Source: Mycobacterium tuberculosis H37Rv
Lineage (GTDB): Bacteria > Actinomycetota > Actinomycetes > Mycobacteriales > Mycobacteriaceae
Assembly: GCF_000195955.2 (NCBI RefSeq)
Contig: NC_000962.3
Location: 4,379,533 to 4,411,532 of the forward strand
Direction of reading: 5' to 3'
Length of the DNA: 32,000 bases
The position numbers were made by a program, and so were the translations under genes. Shown piece by piece: positions 1 through 7,832 of this stretch (its first letter is position 1; each line of letters opens with the position of its first letter). Below the pieces are notes generated by a model. It saw only the letters and a list, made by a program, of their open reading frames with translations. It was not told the DNA's origin and did no database searches.

Positions 1-920
1 CCTCGCTTGCCCTTCATATGCAGCTCGGCTCCCAGCGCCGCCTCCAGTTCCTCGGGTGTGGCAAAGATCAGCCGCCGCCAGCCGCAGGCATCGAACAGCT
101 CGTCGTGCAGGTTGTGGGGGAGCCACACCATCCACGCCCACACCTCGCGGTTGCGCGTCACCACCATCAGCTTGACGTCACGCGGGTTGTGAAACACCGC
201 CAGCGAGCACAACACCGACCGCATCAGCGACCGCACCCGGTCCAGGTCCTCGCTCACGAAGCTGAAGCCTGGTGCCGACCGTAGGTTCACCACCTTGGCG
301 ATATCGCGAATCTTGCGCTGCTCCAAGATGAAATCGCGCAGCGCCTGCCCGGTCACGGGCTCTAGCTCCTCATCGGAGGAAATGTCCGGCCAGGTCACCG
401 ACAACACCGAATCTGGTGCGTGCTGCACACCCGTGCCCACCCGCACCTCTAAGAAGTCGACGTCGCCGCGGCCACGCTCCCACATCCGCGGACCGCCAAT
501 GATGGCGCCCAGTCCGGGTGGGTCCGAATGCACGGCGTTCTGCCATTCACGTTGCGCACACACCGCCGTCTGGATTTCGTCGCGGTTGGTGTCCAGGTCA
601 CGAAGATATCGACGACGCCCCTTCTCCAACTCACCCCAGGTGATCTTGCGGGCTCGACCGAATCGTCCGGAGAACGCCAGCATGCTGAACGCGCCGATGC
701 CCATCAGCGGGAAGAACCCCGTGGCCAAGCTGCGCACGCCCGACACGTACAGCATGACGATGGTGCCGATCAGCGCCACGATCAACGCGGGAACGCCGAT
801 CATCACCCAGATGTTGCGCGGCTCGCGCTCCGGCAGAGCTATCGGCGGATTCGGAGCCACCCGAACGGGTTTCGGCGGGTCGATGTTGACGCGGTTGATG
901 GGAAACGCTTTCTTGGACAT
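1..920 (-). CDS. eccC2: ESX-2 type VII secretion FtsK/SpoIIIE-family ATPase EccC2 (Rv3894c), N-terminal 306 codons only; gene continues past the window start
   Basis: Minus-strand frame is open from ATG 920-918 to the window edge, so it has no stop and is absent from the ORF track. My translation is MSKKAFPINRVNIDPPKPV..., with two hydrophobic helices (IWVMIGVPALIVALIGTIVMLYV and LATGFFPLMGIGAFSMLAF) as in EccC N-termini. The start abuts the eccB2 stop. ATPase motifs lie outside the window, so identity rests on synteny and locus recognition. Confidence 0.85.
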   Translation of the reverse strand, partial: MSKKAFPINRVNIDPPKPVRVAPNPPIALPEREPRNIWVMIGVPALIVALIGTIVMLYVSGVRSLATGFFPLMGIGAFSMLAFSGRFGRARKITWGELEKGRRRYLRDLDTNRDEIQTAVCAQREWQNAVHSDPPGLGAIIGGPRMWERGRGDVDFLEVRVGTGVQHAPDSVLSVTWPDISSDEELEPVTGQALRDFILEQRKIRDIAKVVNLRSAPGFSFVSEDLDRVRSLMRSVLCSLAVFHNPRDVKLMVVTRNREVWAWMVWLPHNLHDELFDACGWRRLIFATPEELEAALGAELHMKGKR

Positions 921-2408
921 CTAGGCGCCCGCCTTCGCCGTTGTCGTCACAATGGCCACCTGGCCGAGGGTGGGCACAGTATCGCGAGCCAAGAGTGCCG
1001 CATCCCGCGACAGAGCCGGTCCCGCAGCAAAAGTCCGCAGCAACGGCCACGGCGCCTGCACGGCCGCACCCGGATCCAGGCCCAGCGCCCGCAGCGTCGC
1101 CTCGTCGTTGGCGATCCCGAATCGCACCCCATTGCCGGACACCCAGAACAACGATTCGCGCGACTCGGCGGTGATCACACCGCTGGTCGATGTCACGAAG
1201 TTGGCCGCGCCGGGCAACACCAGCACCTGGGTGGCCACCACCGACGCCGGGGCGCGGTCATCGCGTACCAGCCGCACGATCCGGCTGTCCATCGACGGGG
1301 GCACCGGAAGCCCCCGCCCGTTGTAGACCGCGACCCGGGCCTGTGGATCCGTCGACGCCTTCTCCCACGACACGCAGGTGGTCGGATCCGCCGCGGTGTC
1401 AACGAAATTCAGCCGCCCGGCCGGGTAGTACTCCACCGGCAGCGAGGTCACCTGCGGTGTGTGGACCAGCACATCGGGGGTCACCACCCGCGGCGCCGCC
1501 GCCCCGTAGGAGTTCGCGCTGCGCAGCAGATCGGCCACGAAGCTGCTGATCTTTTGCACCCCGTCGGGCAGCAGCACATAGAACTGGCTGCCCCCGCCGG
1601 CGGTTTGGGCCTGCAACACCGATCCCACCCGAGCGCCCGGCACCCACGTCGACGGGGTGCCCGCCTCGGGCACCGCTGGCACCCGCAGCGGCTCGGTCGC
1701 GGGCAGCCCGTCGAAGAGCGCCCGTGAGATCTGTATTGGTGATGTCACGCCGGGGTCGAGCCCCAAGCTCAAGGTGACCGCCCTGTTGGTCGGATCGATC
1801 TGTGAGCGTTTGCCACCCCAGATCACGTAGGTGCTGCCGTCGAAAGTCACCAGCAGCCCGGCGTCGTCGCGCAGGTGTGTGGCGCGGCCACCGCCGGTGA
1901 TCGGGCCCGCGATCGAGGTGACCACCGGCTTGTCCGCGCTGCGCGGGCGTCCCGCCGTGTCGCACACCGCCCACGCCGAGACCGCGCCCCGGTTCACCGG
2001 CATGGCCGCGGGTGCGCCCGGGATGCCGACCAGCGGCCCGGTCGGATACTTGGCGATCTCGGCGGGCTTGACCCATGTCGGCTGCCCCGCCGTGCCGGTG
2101 GCCAGCCGCGCGGACGTCAAGTTCAGCGCCGGATACAACCGGCCGTCGATGCGCGCGTAGAGTGCCCCGGAGTCGCGGTCCCCGATGATCGCCGAGTCAC
2201 CCACAATGCCGGTGGGCTTGAGCACGTTGAGCAGCATCATCCATCCGGCGGCAATGGCCACCAACACCATCGACAACGCCAGCGCGGCGGTCTGCTTGCG
2301 GTCGTCGTGTTTCATGCGCACCGAGAACCGGGTGGTCGCCGCCCGCAGCCGCCGGTTGTAGAACAGATGACCGGAATTTTGGTCGCGGTTGGACAAACTC
2401 AGCGGCAT
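921..2408 (-). CDS. eccB2: ESX-2 type VII secretion membrane component EccB2 (Rv3895c), 495 aa
   Basis: ORF track 921..2522. I chose ATG 2408 (MPLSLSNRDQNSGHLFYNRRL...) because it lies 2 nt after the upstream gene stop (2411). It has a single N-terminal TM (ALALSMVLVAIAAGWMMLL) followed by a large extracytoplasmic domain, as in EccB. An upstream start is not excluded. Confidence 0.85.
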   Translation of the reverse strand: MPLSLSNRDQNSGHLFYNRRLRAATTRFSVRMKHDDRKQTAALALSMVLVAIAAGWMMLLNVLKPTGIVGDSAIIGDRDSGALYARIDGRLYPALNLTSARLATGTAGQPTWVKPAEIAKYPTGPLVGIPGAPAAMPVNRGAVSAWAVCDTAGRPRSADKPVVTSIAGPITGGGRATHLRDDAGLLVTFDGSTYVIWGGKRSQIDPTNRAVTLSLGLDPGVTSPIQISRALFDGLPATEPLRVPAVPEAGTPSTWVPGARVGSVLQAQTAGGGSQFYVLLPDGVQKISSFVADLLRSANSYGAAAPRVVTPDVLVHTPQVTSLPVEYYPAGRLNFVDTAADPTTCVSWEKASTDPQARVAVYNGRGLPVPPSMDSRIVRLVRDDRAPASVVATQVLVLPGAANFVTSTSGVITAESRESLFWVSGNGVRFGIANDEATLRALGLDPGAAVQAPWPLLRTFAAGPALSRDAALLARDTVPTLGQVAIVTTTAKAGA

Positions 2409-2410
2409 TC

Positions 2411-3319
2411 TCAATACCCCCTGGGGCTGCGGCGAGGATCGGCCTGCTGGATCAGATCGGCCAGATTCGATGCGTCGGCGGCCACCCCGTAGTGGCCTCT
2501 CGCGTAGTTGATGAACGCGCATGCCTGGGCGACCAAATCGTGGATGTTGGTCGACGTGCCCGGCTCGTGATAGGCCGCGAACGTCGGAGCGATGAACTGC
2601 CAGACGCCCCTGCTGGGGGTGCCCCGCGCGGCGTTGGAATCCCAGTGGTTTATGGCGTTGGCGTTGTAGTTCGATTCGCGACGGGCCACCAGGTCCATGC
2701 CGCGAGTCCAGCGTGCCCGCGCGGCTGGATCGTGAACGCCTTGGATATCCAACGCTTTTTGGATCGCCGCCAACACTTGGGCGCGTCCACCGGGTGTGGT
2801 TACCTGGGGTCGTCTTGCCGCGGCGGTGCGCAGGTAGCGCAGCCGGCGCAGCCGCAGCCCCAATAGCCGCGCCCGCGACCTACATCGCGCGATGTGCCGA
2901 TGCTGAGCCCGCAGCCGGGCGGCCATCCGGGCCATCGCCTCCCGCCGGCCCAGCGGTGTGTCGGTCAAGGCCATGGCATCGGTCTTGGCGGCTTCCAGGA
3001 GTGCACGCGTCGCGGTCCTGGCGTGCGCATGATCGATCTGGGCTGCCGCCATGATCTGGGCCAGCGCCTCATCGGTGTTGGCCAATCGACGCAGCGCTCT
3101 TGCGGCGCCGCGCCAGCGGTACGCCGCTGCGGTGGGAACGGCGTTGGCCACCCAGGATATCGCGTTCGCATACTGCTGGATCTGCGGCGCGTCGATGTCG
3201 GCGCCGGAAACGCCGCCCGCGAACAGGCCGTGGCCCCGGGACAGCGCCGCTATCGCCTGCGTGGTCAGGGGATCAGTCAAGGGTTCGCCTTCGGTGCCAA
3301 TCCTGTGCCATGTGCTCAC
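2411..3319 (-). CDS. Conserved protein with C-terminal SLT-type lytic transglycosylase domain (Rv3896c), 302 aa
   Basis: ORF track 302 aa. The C-terminus RESNYNANAINHWDSNAARGTPSRGVWQFIAPTFAAY fits the family-1 lytic transglycosylase pattern (catalytic E-S, x-Y-N, G-V-W-Q, P-T-F). The N-terminal half is Ala/Arg-rich and helical. Confidence 0.8.
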   Translation of the reverse strand: MSTWHRIGTEGEPLTDPLTTQAIAALSRGHGLFAGGVSGADIDAPQIQQYANAISWVANAVPTAAAYRWRGAARALRRLANTDEALAQIMAAAQIDHAHARTATRALLEAAKTDAMALTDTPLGRREAMARMAARLRAQHRHIARCRSRARLLGLRLRRLRYLRTAAARRPQVTTPGGRAQVLAAIQKALDIQGVHDPAARARWTRGMDLVARRESNYNANAINHWDSNAARGTPSRGVWQFIAPTFAAYHEPGTSTNIHDLVAQACAFINYARGHYGVAADASNLADLIQQADPRRSPRGY

Positions 3320-3475
3320 ATCCGTTGCCGGGTGCCATCACCTCGGCCGTACCGACCAGACCACGACCTTGTCGATTGCGGCCGGTGCCCCTGCGCCACG
3401 ACCATACTGCCGTTGACGCGACCCGACTACTCAGTCGTGGCGCGAAGGCCGACCTCGCCCCAGGGCGACTATTCC

Positions 3476-4108
3476 TTAACCTTGTCGTCGTTCGGCACAA
3501 CAAGGATCCGTCGCGTCGACTTGGTGACCACCGGCTTGTCGTCGGCAGATTTCACCGGAACACTCGGCGGTACTGTTAAGCGGCCCTTGACCGGTTGACC
3601 ATTCGGCACAGCCCGTCACCCGCTTCTCGACCGGCTTGTCCTTATTGGCTCCTTCCGCGCCCGCACCCAACGCGCCCGGCGGCACCATCGGCATGCCGGT
3701 CATGCCGGCCGGCCCCGACGCCCGCGGGGTGCCACTAACCGGGTCCGGCGTCACCGACTTGGCCGGCGCCCCGGCTGGAGTCGTCGGTGGCGACGACGTC
3801 GGCACGGGTGGGGGACCCAGATAGCCCGTCGGGGTGGTGCCACCACCCCCGCCGCCGGCGCCGACGTCACCAGCGCCCGGCTCGCCGCCGAGGCCGGGCT
3901 CACCTTCGATGCTGTCCACCAGCCGCGCCCCGTCCGCGACGTCCAGTCCCTCCGCGCCATAGGTCTGTTGAAGCGCACTCATCAGCGGCTGCATTGCTCC
4001 CTGCCCCGCTTGCATGGCCTGCTGGGGAAGCTGCGTGAGTGGGCCCATGACGCCGCCGACCGCGCCGCCGAGCGCGCCGGTAATGCCCGACACCGCTTGT
4101 TGCATCAT
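3476..4108 (-). CDS. Gly/Pro/Ala-rich hypothetical protein (Rv3897c), 210 aa as read; C-terminus probably frameshifted
   Basis: ORF track 210 aa. It has a Q/A/G-rich N-terminus and a Pro-rich middle. The last 46 aa are Cys/Trp/Arg-rich and look non-native, while an alternative frame gives a more protein-like tail (see findings). Confidence 0.6.
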   Translation of the reverse strand: MMQQAVSGITGALGGAVGGVMGPLTQLPQQAMQAGQGAMQPLMSALQQTYGAEGLDVADGARLVDSIEGEPGLGGEPGAGDVGAGGGGGGTTPTGYLGPPPVPTSSPPTTPAGAPAKSVTPDPVSGTPRASGPAGMTGMPMVPPGALGAGAEGANKDKPVEKRVTGCAEWSTGQGPLNSTAECSGEICRRQAGGHQVDATDPCCAERRQG

Positions 4109-4120
4109 CTGCGTCGCCCC

Positions 4121-4453
4121 CTAGGCCTCCGCCTGAGCGCCCACCCCCTGGAATTGTTGGGCCGCATCGGCCTCATTCGCCGAGAACTTTTGCACGGCAT
4201 CGGCCGCATGCGCCCGCCGATCTAGGTCCTCCAGGCCGCTGGACTCGACGTCGCCGGGCACACCGGAATTACCGGCGGCGAAAAGTGCCCCATTAGCGAT
4301 GTCGGCAGGTGCGGGTAGGTCTACGGGGACAGCGGGAAACGGCGCCGGTCCGGACGCTGGCGGCGTCGTCAAAACCTGCAATAAGATTTCCGGCGTCACC
4401 TTGATCGGAACTCCCGGAGCCGGGCCGGGTGCCGGATTCTGATCTCCGGTCAT
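4121..4453 (-). CDS. Small Pro/Ala-rich hypothetical protein (Rv3898c), 110 aa
   Basis: ORF track 4121..4534. I chose ATG 4453 (MTGDQNPAPGPAPG...). The stop lies 12 nt before the Rv3897c start. I recognised no motif. Confidence 0.55.
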   Translation of the reverse strand: MTGDQNPAPGPAPGVPIKVTPEILLQVLTTPPASGPAPFPAVPVDLPAPADIANGALFAAGNSGVPGDVESSGLEDLDRRAHAADAVQKFSANEADAAQQFQGVGAQAEA

Positions 4454-4614
4454 GATCACACCTCGAACTTCATCCGTAGCGCCCCTTCGGACGCTCTTTC
4501 GTGTGCTTGTCGACATTGGCCGCAGCATCGCCATTTTGTCACGCCGCGCGTCGACCGGTATTCAGCTCACGGTGTCGGGCCTCGTATGGTGATCAGGGAG
4601 TTTCGGGCAGCGGT

Positions 4615-5847
4615 TCAGGCAGCGAACCCTCGTGAGCCGCCACGCCTGGTGGTTACGGCATACCAGGCCAGGTGATAGTTGGCGAGGTAGTCCTGCTCGT
4701 CGATCAGTGCCTCGATCGCCGCCAGCAGCATCCAATCCCCGACAGCGGTGAGCTCGTGACTGGGATAGGCCTTGAGCACCGACTCCTTGACCGCGGTGAT
4801 GCAGCCGTGCAGCAGCTCGGCTTCGTTTTCCAGCACGCCGGTTTTGCGTACCGCCGGCAGCGCGATCGCCTGCGCGATCCGCGGCAGGCTATCGCGGCGG
4901 CGCACAGCTTCGACCAAGGTCGGCCCGAACTCGTCCACCTTGGGTATCGCCGAGCGCGCTGACCGATCACCGGTCAGCGCAGGCGCATCTGGCCCCGGCT
5001 CGGCAACGTAGGTGTTGGACTCGTGGGCTGCCACGGCGACGACGGCGCCCAGCAAGTCGATCACGTCGGCATCACGGCGTCGCGCGGTTGGCTCCAGCAG
5101 CGTCACGTTCGCGGGCAGCCGGACGTGGGGCGGAATCCACCCGCCGGCCAAATCGGTGACCAGCAGGGTGGTGGTGCCGTCGTCGCGCAGCCCGGCCGCC
5201 CATGAGATTCGCGGCTCCTGGCGCGCCACGGCATCCACGATTCGCTGTAGGCGTTGCTGCTCAGCCGCCCGAGCCGATACCGCGCCCGCCGTCGCGCCGG
5301 CGGTGGCCGACAGTGCCGAGGCGCCGGCCATTGTCGACGAGCTCGCACCAGCCTGTCCAGCCACAGCTTTCGAGGCTGCGCGCTCCACCGGAGAAACCAG
5401 CGCCCCACCCGCCGATGGGGCCGATGACGCCGAGGGCGCCACCGGCGCGCCGGATACGGGCGCCGTAGGAACCGAGGGCACGGCGGGGGCTGCCACGACG
5501 GGGGGCCGTAGATCAGAGCCGTAAGCCGGCAGCGGTCCCGCGGGGACAGCCGAGCCACCAACCACCGGCGCAGCGGGTGCCGCCACCGGCCCGGCGGTCA
5601 CCACGGTCGGCGCGACCGGCCCGGTAGTACCGGTCGACGCCGGTGGAGCGCCCGAGGTGTTCGCCGGCGTGTCAACTGGCCCGTGTGTGGCTTCGATGCC
5701 CGCAGCCATGGTCGGCGCAGACACCACGGGCGGTGTCGTTATCGGAGGAGTGGCCTGCGGCGGGGGAACCGACCCCGACTGCATCGCCGTCATTGCCCCT
5801 TCCGACAGCGAATGCGCGCCAGCCGCGGCCGGTTGCCCCGTCACCAT
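4615..5847 (-). CDS. Ala/Pro-rich hypothetical protein with globular C-terminal domain (Rv3899c), 410 aa from ATG 5847
   Basis: ORF track 4615..5934 (439 aa). The first ~200 aa are low-complexity A/P/S/G. The C-terminal ~210 aa (RIVDAVARQEPRISWAAGLRDDGTTTLLVTDLAGGWIPPHV...) look folded. The start is uncertain: GTG 5934, ATG 5928 and ATG 5847 are all possible. Confidence 0.65.
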   Translation of the reverse strand: MVTGQPAAAGAHSLSEGAMTAMQSGSVPPPQATPPITTPPVVSAPTMAAGIEATHGPVDTPANTSGAPPASTGTTGPVAPTVVTAGPVAAPAAPVVGGSAVPAGPLPAYGSDLRPPVVAAPAVPSVPTAPVSGAPVAPSASSAPSAGGALVSPVERAASKAVAGQAGASSSTMAGASALSATAGATAGAVSARAAEQQRLQRIVDAVARQEPRISWAAGLRDDGTTTLLVTDLAGGWIPPHVRLPANVTLLEPTARRRDADVIDLLGAVVAVAAHESNTYVAEPGPDAPALTGDRSARSAIPKVDEFGPTLVEAVRRRDSLPRIAQAIALPAVRKTGVLENEAELLHGCITAVKESVLKAYPSHELTAVGDWMLLAAIEALIDEQDYLANYHLAWYAVTTRRGGSRGFAA

Positions 5848-6776
5848 CCCGGTCGCAAACGATTGCCCAATCGACGTAGGCGATACGCCCTGTCCGAGGG
5901 CCGCCGGCGACAGCGACCCGCCGGGCATCGCCACCGGGGGCCAGTGGCGATGACTGGCGGTGTAGCAGCGGCGGGTGTTGTGACCACCGGGGCAGGTGGT
6001 ACAGGTCCTGCGCTGGCGTGCCGACTCGAAGCGCCTATTGCTCGCGGCGCCGGTTGTGAGCAGGCGGCCTGGACACCACTGCCAGAAAAGCCGCCAGCAC
6101 CCACCGATTGTGGCGATGCCAGGTCTCCGGCGCCCTCAACACTCCCAAAGCTACCGCCACGCGCGCCGGGACCGGTCAGCGCTGCCAGATCGTTCTCCCT
6201 GATCAGGCGGGGTGGTGGTGCGTCGTCGACGTTGAAACCATTGGCCCGTGCCCACGTCCGGGGATCGTCACCGATATCTTCGGCTTCGAGGATCTCCTGC
6301 ATGGCCGTCATGACCTTGTCGACGGCGTCCCGGGATGCGTTCGCCGCATCGGCATTGCACCTGGTTTGGATCGCCTGGATTTCCGCCAACTGCTCCGGCA
6401 ACGGCTTTTTCGACGCAAGAACGTCGTCGATTTCCTTATTTCCTTCCCCTGCAATGCCGGTCAACCGGCTCCGCAAATAGTCGATGGCGTCAGCGGCGGT
6501 ATTGAAGGCGCCCTTCTTTATTTCGTACTTCTCTGCCTTAGTGACCTCGGATTTCGCTCCCCGAAGGTACCGGCCAATCAGGTCTTCGGCCGTTCTACCC
6601 TGATTCCGCAACAAAAGATCATGTTGGCTGATCAGATTCCTTGCGAGCTCTTGCTTTTGCATGGCCCAAGTGGCCCAGTGTTGCGCGGCGGCACGTAGGG
6701 CCGCCGACGGGGCCGGCCACCACGGCCCCACCAGCACCGCGCTCCACCTACCGGGCGGAAGATCAGCCGCCACCAC
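5841..6776 (-). CDS. Alanine-rich hypothetical protein with helical PPE-like N-terminus (Rv3900c), 311 aa
   Basis: ORF track 311 aa with a GTG start at 6776. The N-terminus is LPPGRWSAVLVGPWWPAPSAALRAAAQHWATWA followed by a long helical region. The last ~31 aa are Arg/Cys/Trp-rich and overlap the Rv3899c frame. Confidence 0.65.
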   Translation of the reverse strand: MVAADLPPGRWSAVLVGPWWPAPSAALRAAAQHWATWAMQKQELARNLISQHDLLLRNQGRTAEDLIGRYLRGAKSEVTKAEKYEIKKGAFNTAADAIDYLRSRLTGIAGEGNKEIDDVLASKKPLPEQLAEIQAIQTRCNADAANASRDAVDKVMTAMQEILEAEDIGDDPRTWARANGFNVDDAPPPRLIRENDLAALTGPGARGGSFGSVEGAGDLASPQSVGAGGFSGSGVQAACSQPAPRAIGASSRHASAGPVPPAPVVTTPAAATPPVIATGPRWRCPAGRCRRRPSDRAYRLRRLGNRLRPGW

Positions 6777-6832
6777 ATACCTGCTTCATAGCAGCATCTT
6801 TCACGTTGCCGTCGTCAAGTGCAGCCTGCCAC

Positions 6833-7282
6833 TCAGCTTGAGTGCCACCACTCGCCATTACGATCGTTGTGCGGTAAGCGGTCGCTAGCGCGCGCGGCGT
6901 CGCGGTGTTTGGCATCTAGGGCGGGATCGGCTGCTGCATTGTCGAGGATTGCCGCAGCATTTGTGAGCGTGATGCGGGCCAGTGCCTTATCGCTCCCGTT
7001 CGTGTCAACTGGTACAGCATGGGCCACCAGCTTGTATGTGTCGCACAATTGCCGCTGAGCCGCGGCAGTCTGGGCAGCGGTGTAGGTAGGCACCGAGGTC
7101 GTAGCCGGTGTAGCCGCGGGCCTGGCGTTTGTCAGGGCCACGATCAGCGCAGCGACCGCCACCACAGCAGCGATCGCGGCCACCACGATGGCGGGCCAAC
7201 TACGTGTGCGTGGTATGGGCAAGGGTGCTGGCGCGGTCACGCCGCAGATGGTATCCGCTGACCGCCTGTTTGCCGCTTGCAC
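6833..7282 (-). CDS. Possible single-pass membrane protein (Rv3901c), 149 aa
   Basis: ORF track 149 aa with a TM helix WPAIVVAAIAAVVAVAALIVAL. The C-terminal tail may be in the wrong frame (see findings). Confidence 0.6.
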   Translation of the reverse strand: MQAANRRSADTICGVTAPAPLPIPRTRSWPAIVVAAIAAVVAVAALIVALTNARPAATPATTSVPTYTAAQTAAAQRQLCDTYKLVAHAVPVDTNGSDKALARITLTNAAAILDNAAADPALDAKHRDAARASDRLPHNDRNGEWWHSS

Positions 7283-7832
7283 CAGACCACACCAACCCGG
7301 ACACGCCGCGGCGGATGCGTTACGTCACCGGTGACCACGCGGTGCAGGTGTTCCAACTGACCAGCACCGTTATCGATCTCACCACCAAGCGCAAACACAC
7401 CACGGTCGTGTACGCGGCCACCTCCATGTCGGGAACGCCACCCCTGCACAGGTAGCCTGCTGGTTGCTGGGTCATTGCGCCATGCCTTCGAGAACAAATT
7501 GCATCGGATGCGCGACGTCACCTACGCAAAACCCCTCCCAAGTCCGCGCTGGTCAGGGCCCCAAGGTTAGGGCACCCGCGCAACAGCGCCGCCGGCCCGC
7601 TCCGTATCGACGGCCACGACAACATCGCGTCCACGCTACGCCGCAATGACGCGGCCCTCGCCAGCCCGTTAAACCATCACAGTCCTGTTGAAACGCCATT
7701 TTGCCGAGGCCTTGGGCGCATCGCCGGTAAGCGCTGCTGACCGCCCGGCTGAAATCGATGAGCATCACTATCTTATCTACTGTTTTAGTATGCGGATTGT
7801 CGCGACAATGGCATCGCACGAGAAACGTCAAC

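Noticed and set aside
528-1727. Long plus-strand ORF (399 aa) and several others antisense to eccC2/eccB2
   Set aside because: Its Arg/Pro/Gly/His-rich translation is typical of off-frame or antisense reading of GC-rich coding DNA. It fully overlaps genes with clear homology-type motifs on the other strand.
7324-7335. 12-bp palindrome GTCACCGGTGAC upstream of Rv3901c and the related GTCACAGTGAC at 25910-25920 downstream of parB, considered as a shared operator
   Set aside because: By my rough estimate more than ten perfect 12-bp palindromes are expected by chance in 32 kb of this composition. Two loosely similar instances are not enough to infer a regulator site.
7553-7831. 92-aa minus-strand ORF directly downstream of ift, considered as an orphan immunity or toxin remnant
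   Set aside because: It has no recognisable motif, and only its first ~45 codons lie in the low-GC tail while the rest is Arg/Gly/Cys-rich. It is more likely non-coding 3' flank of the acquired cassette. I mention the region under the low-GC island finding instead.
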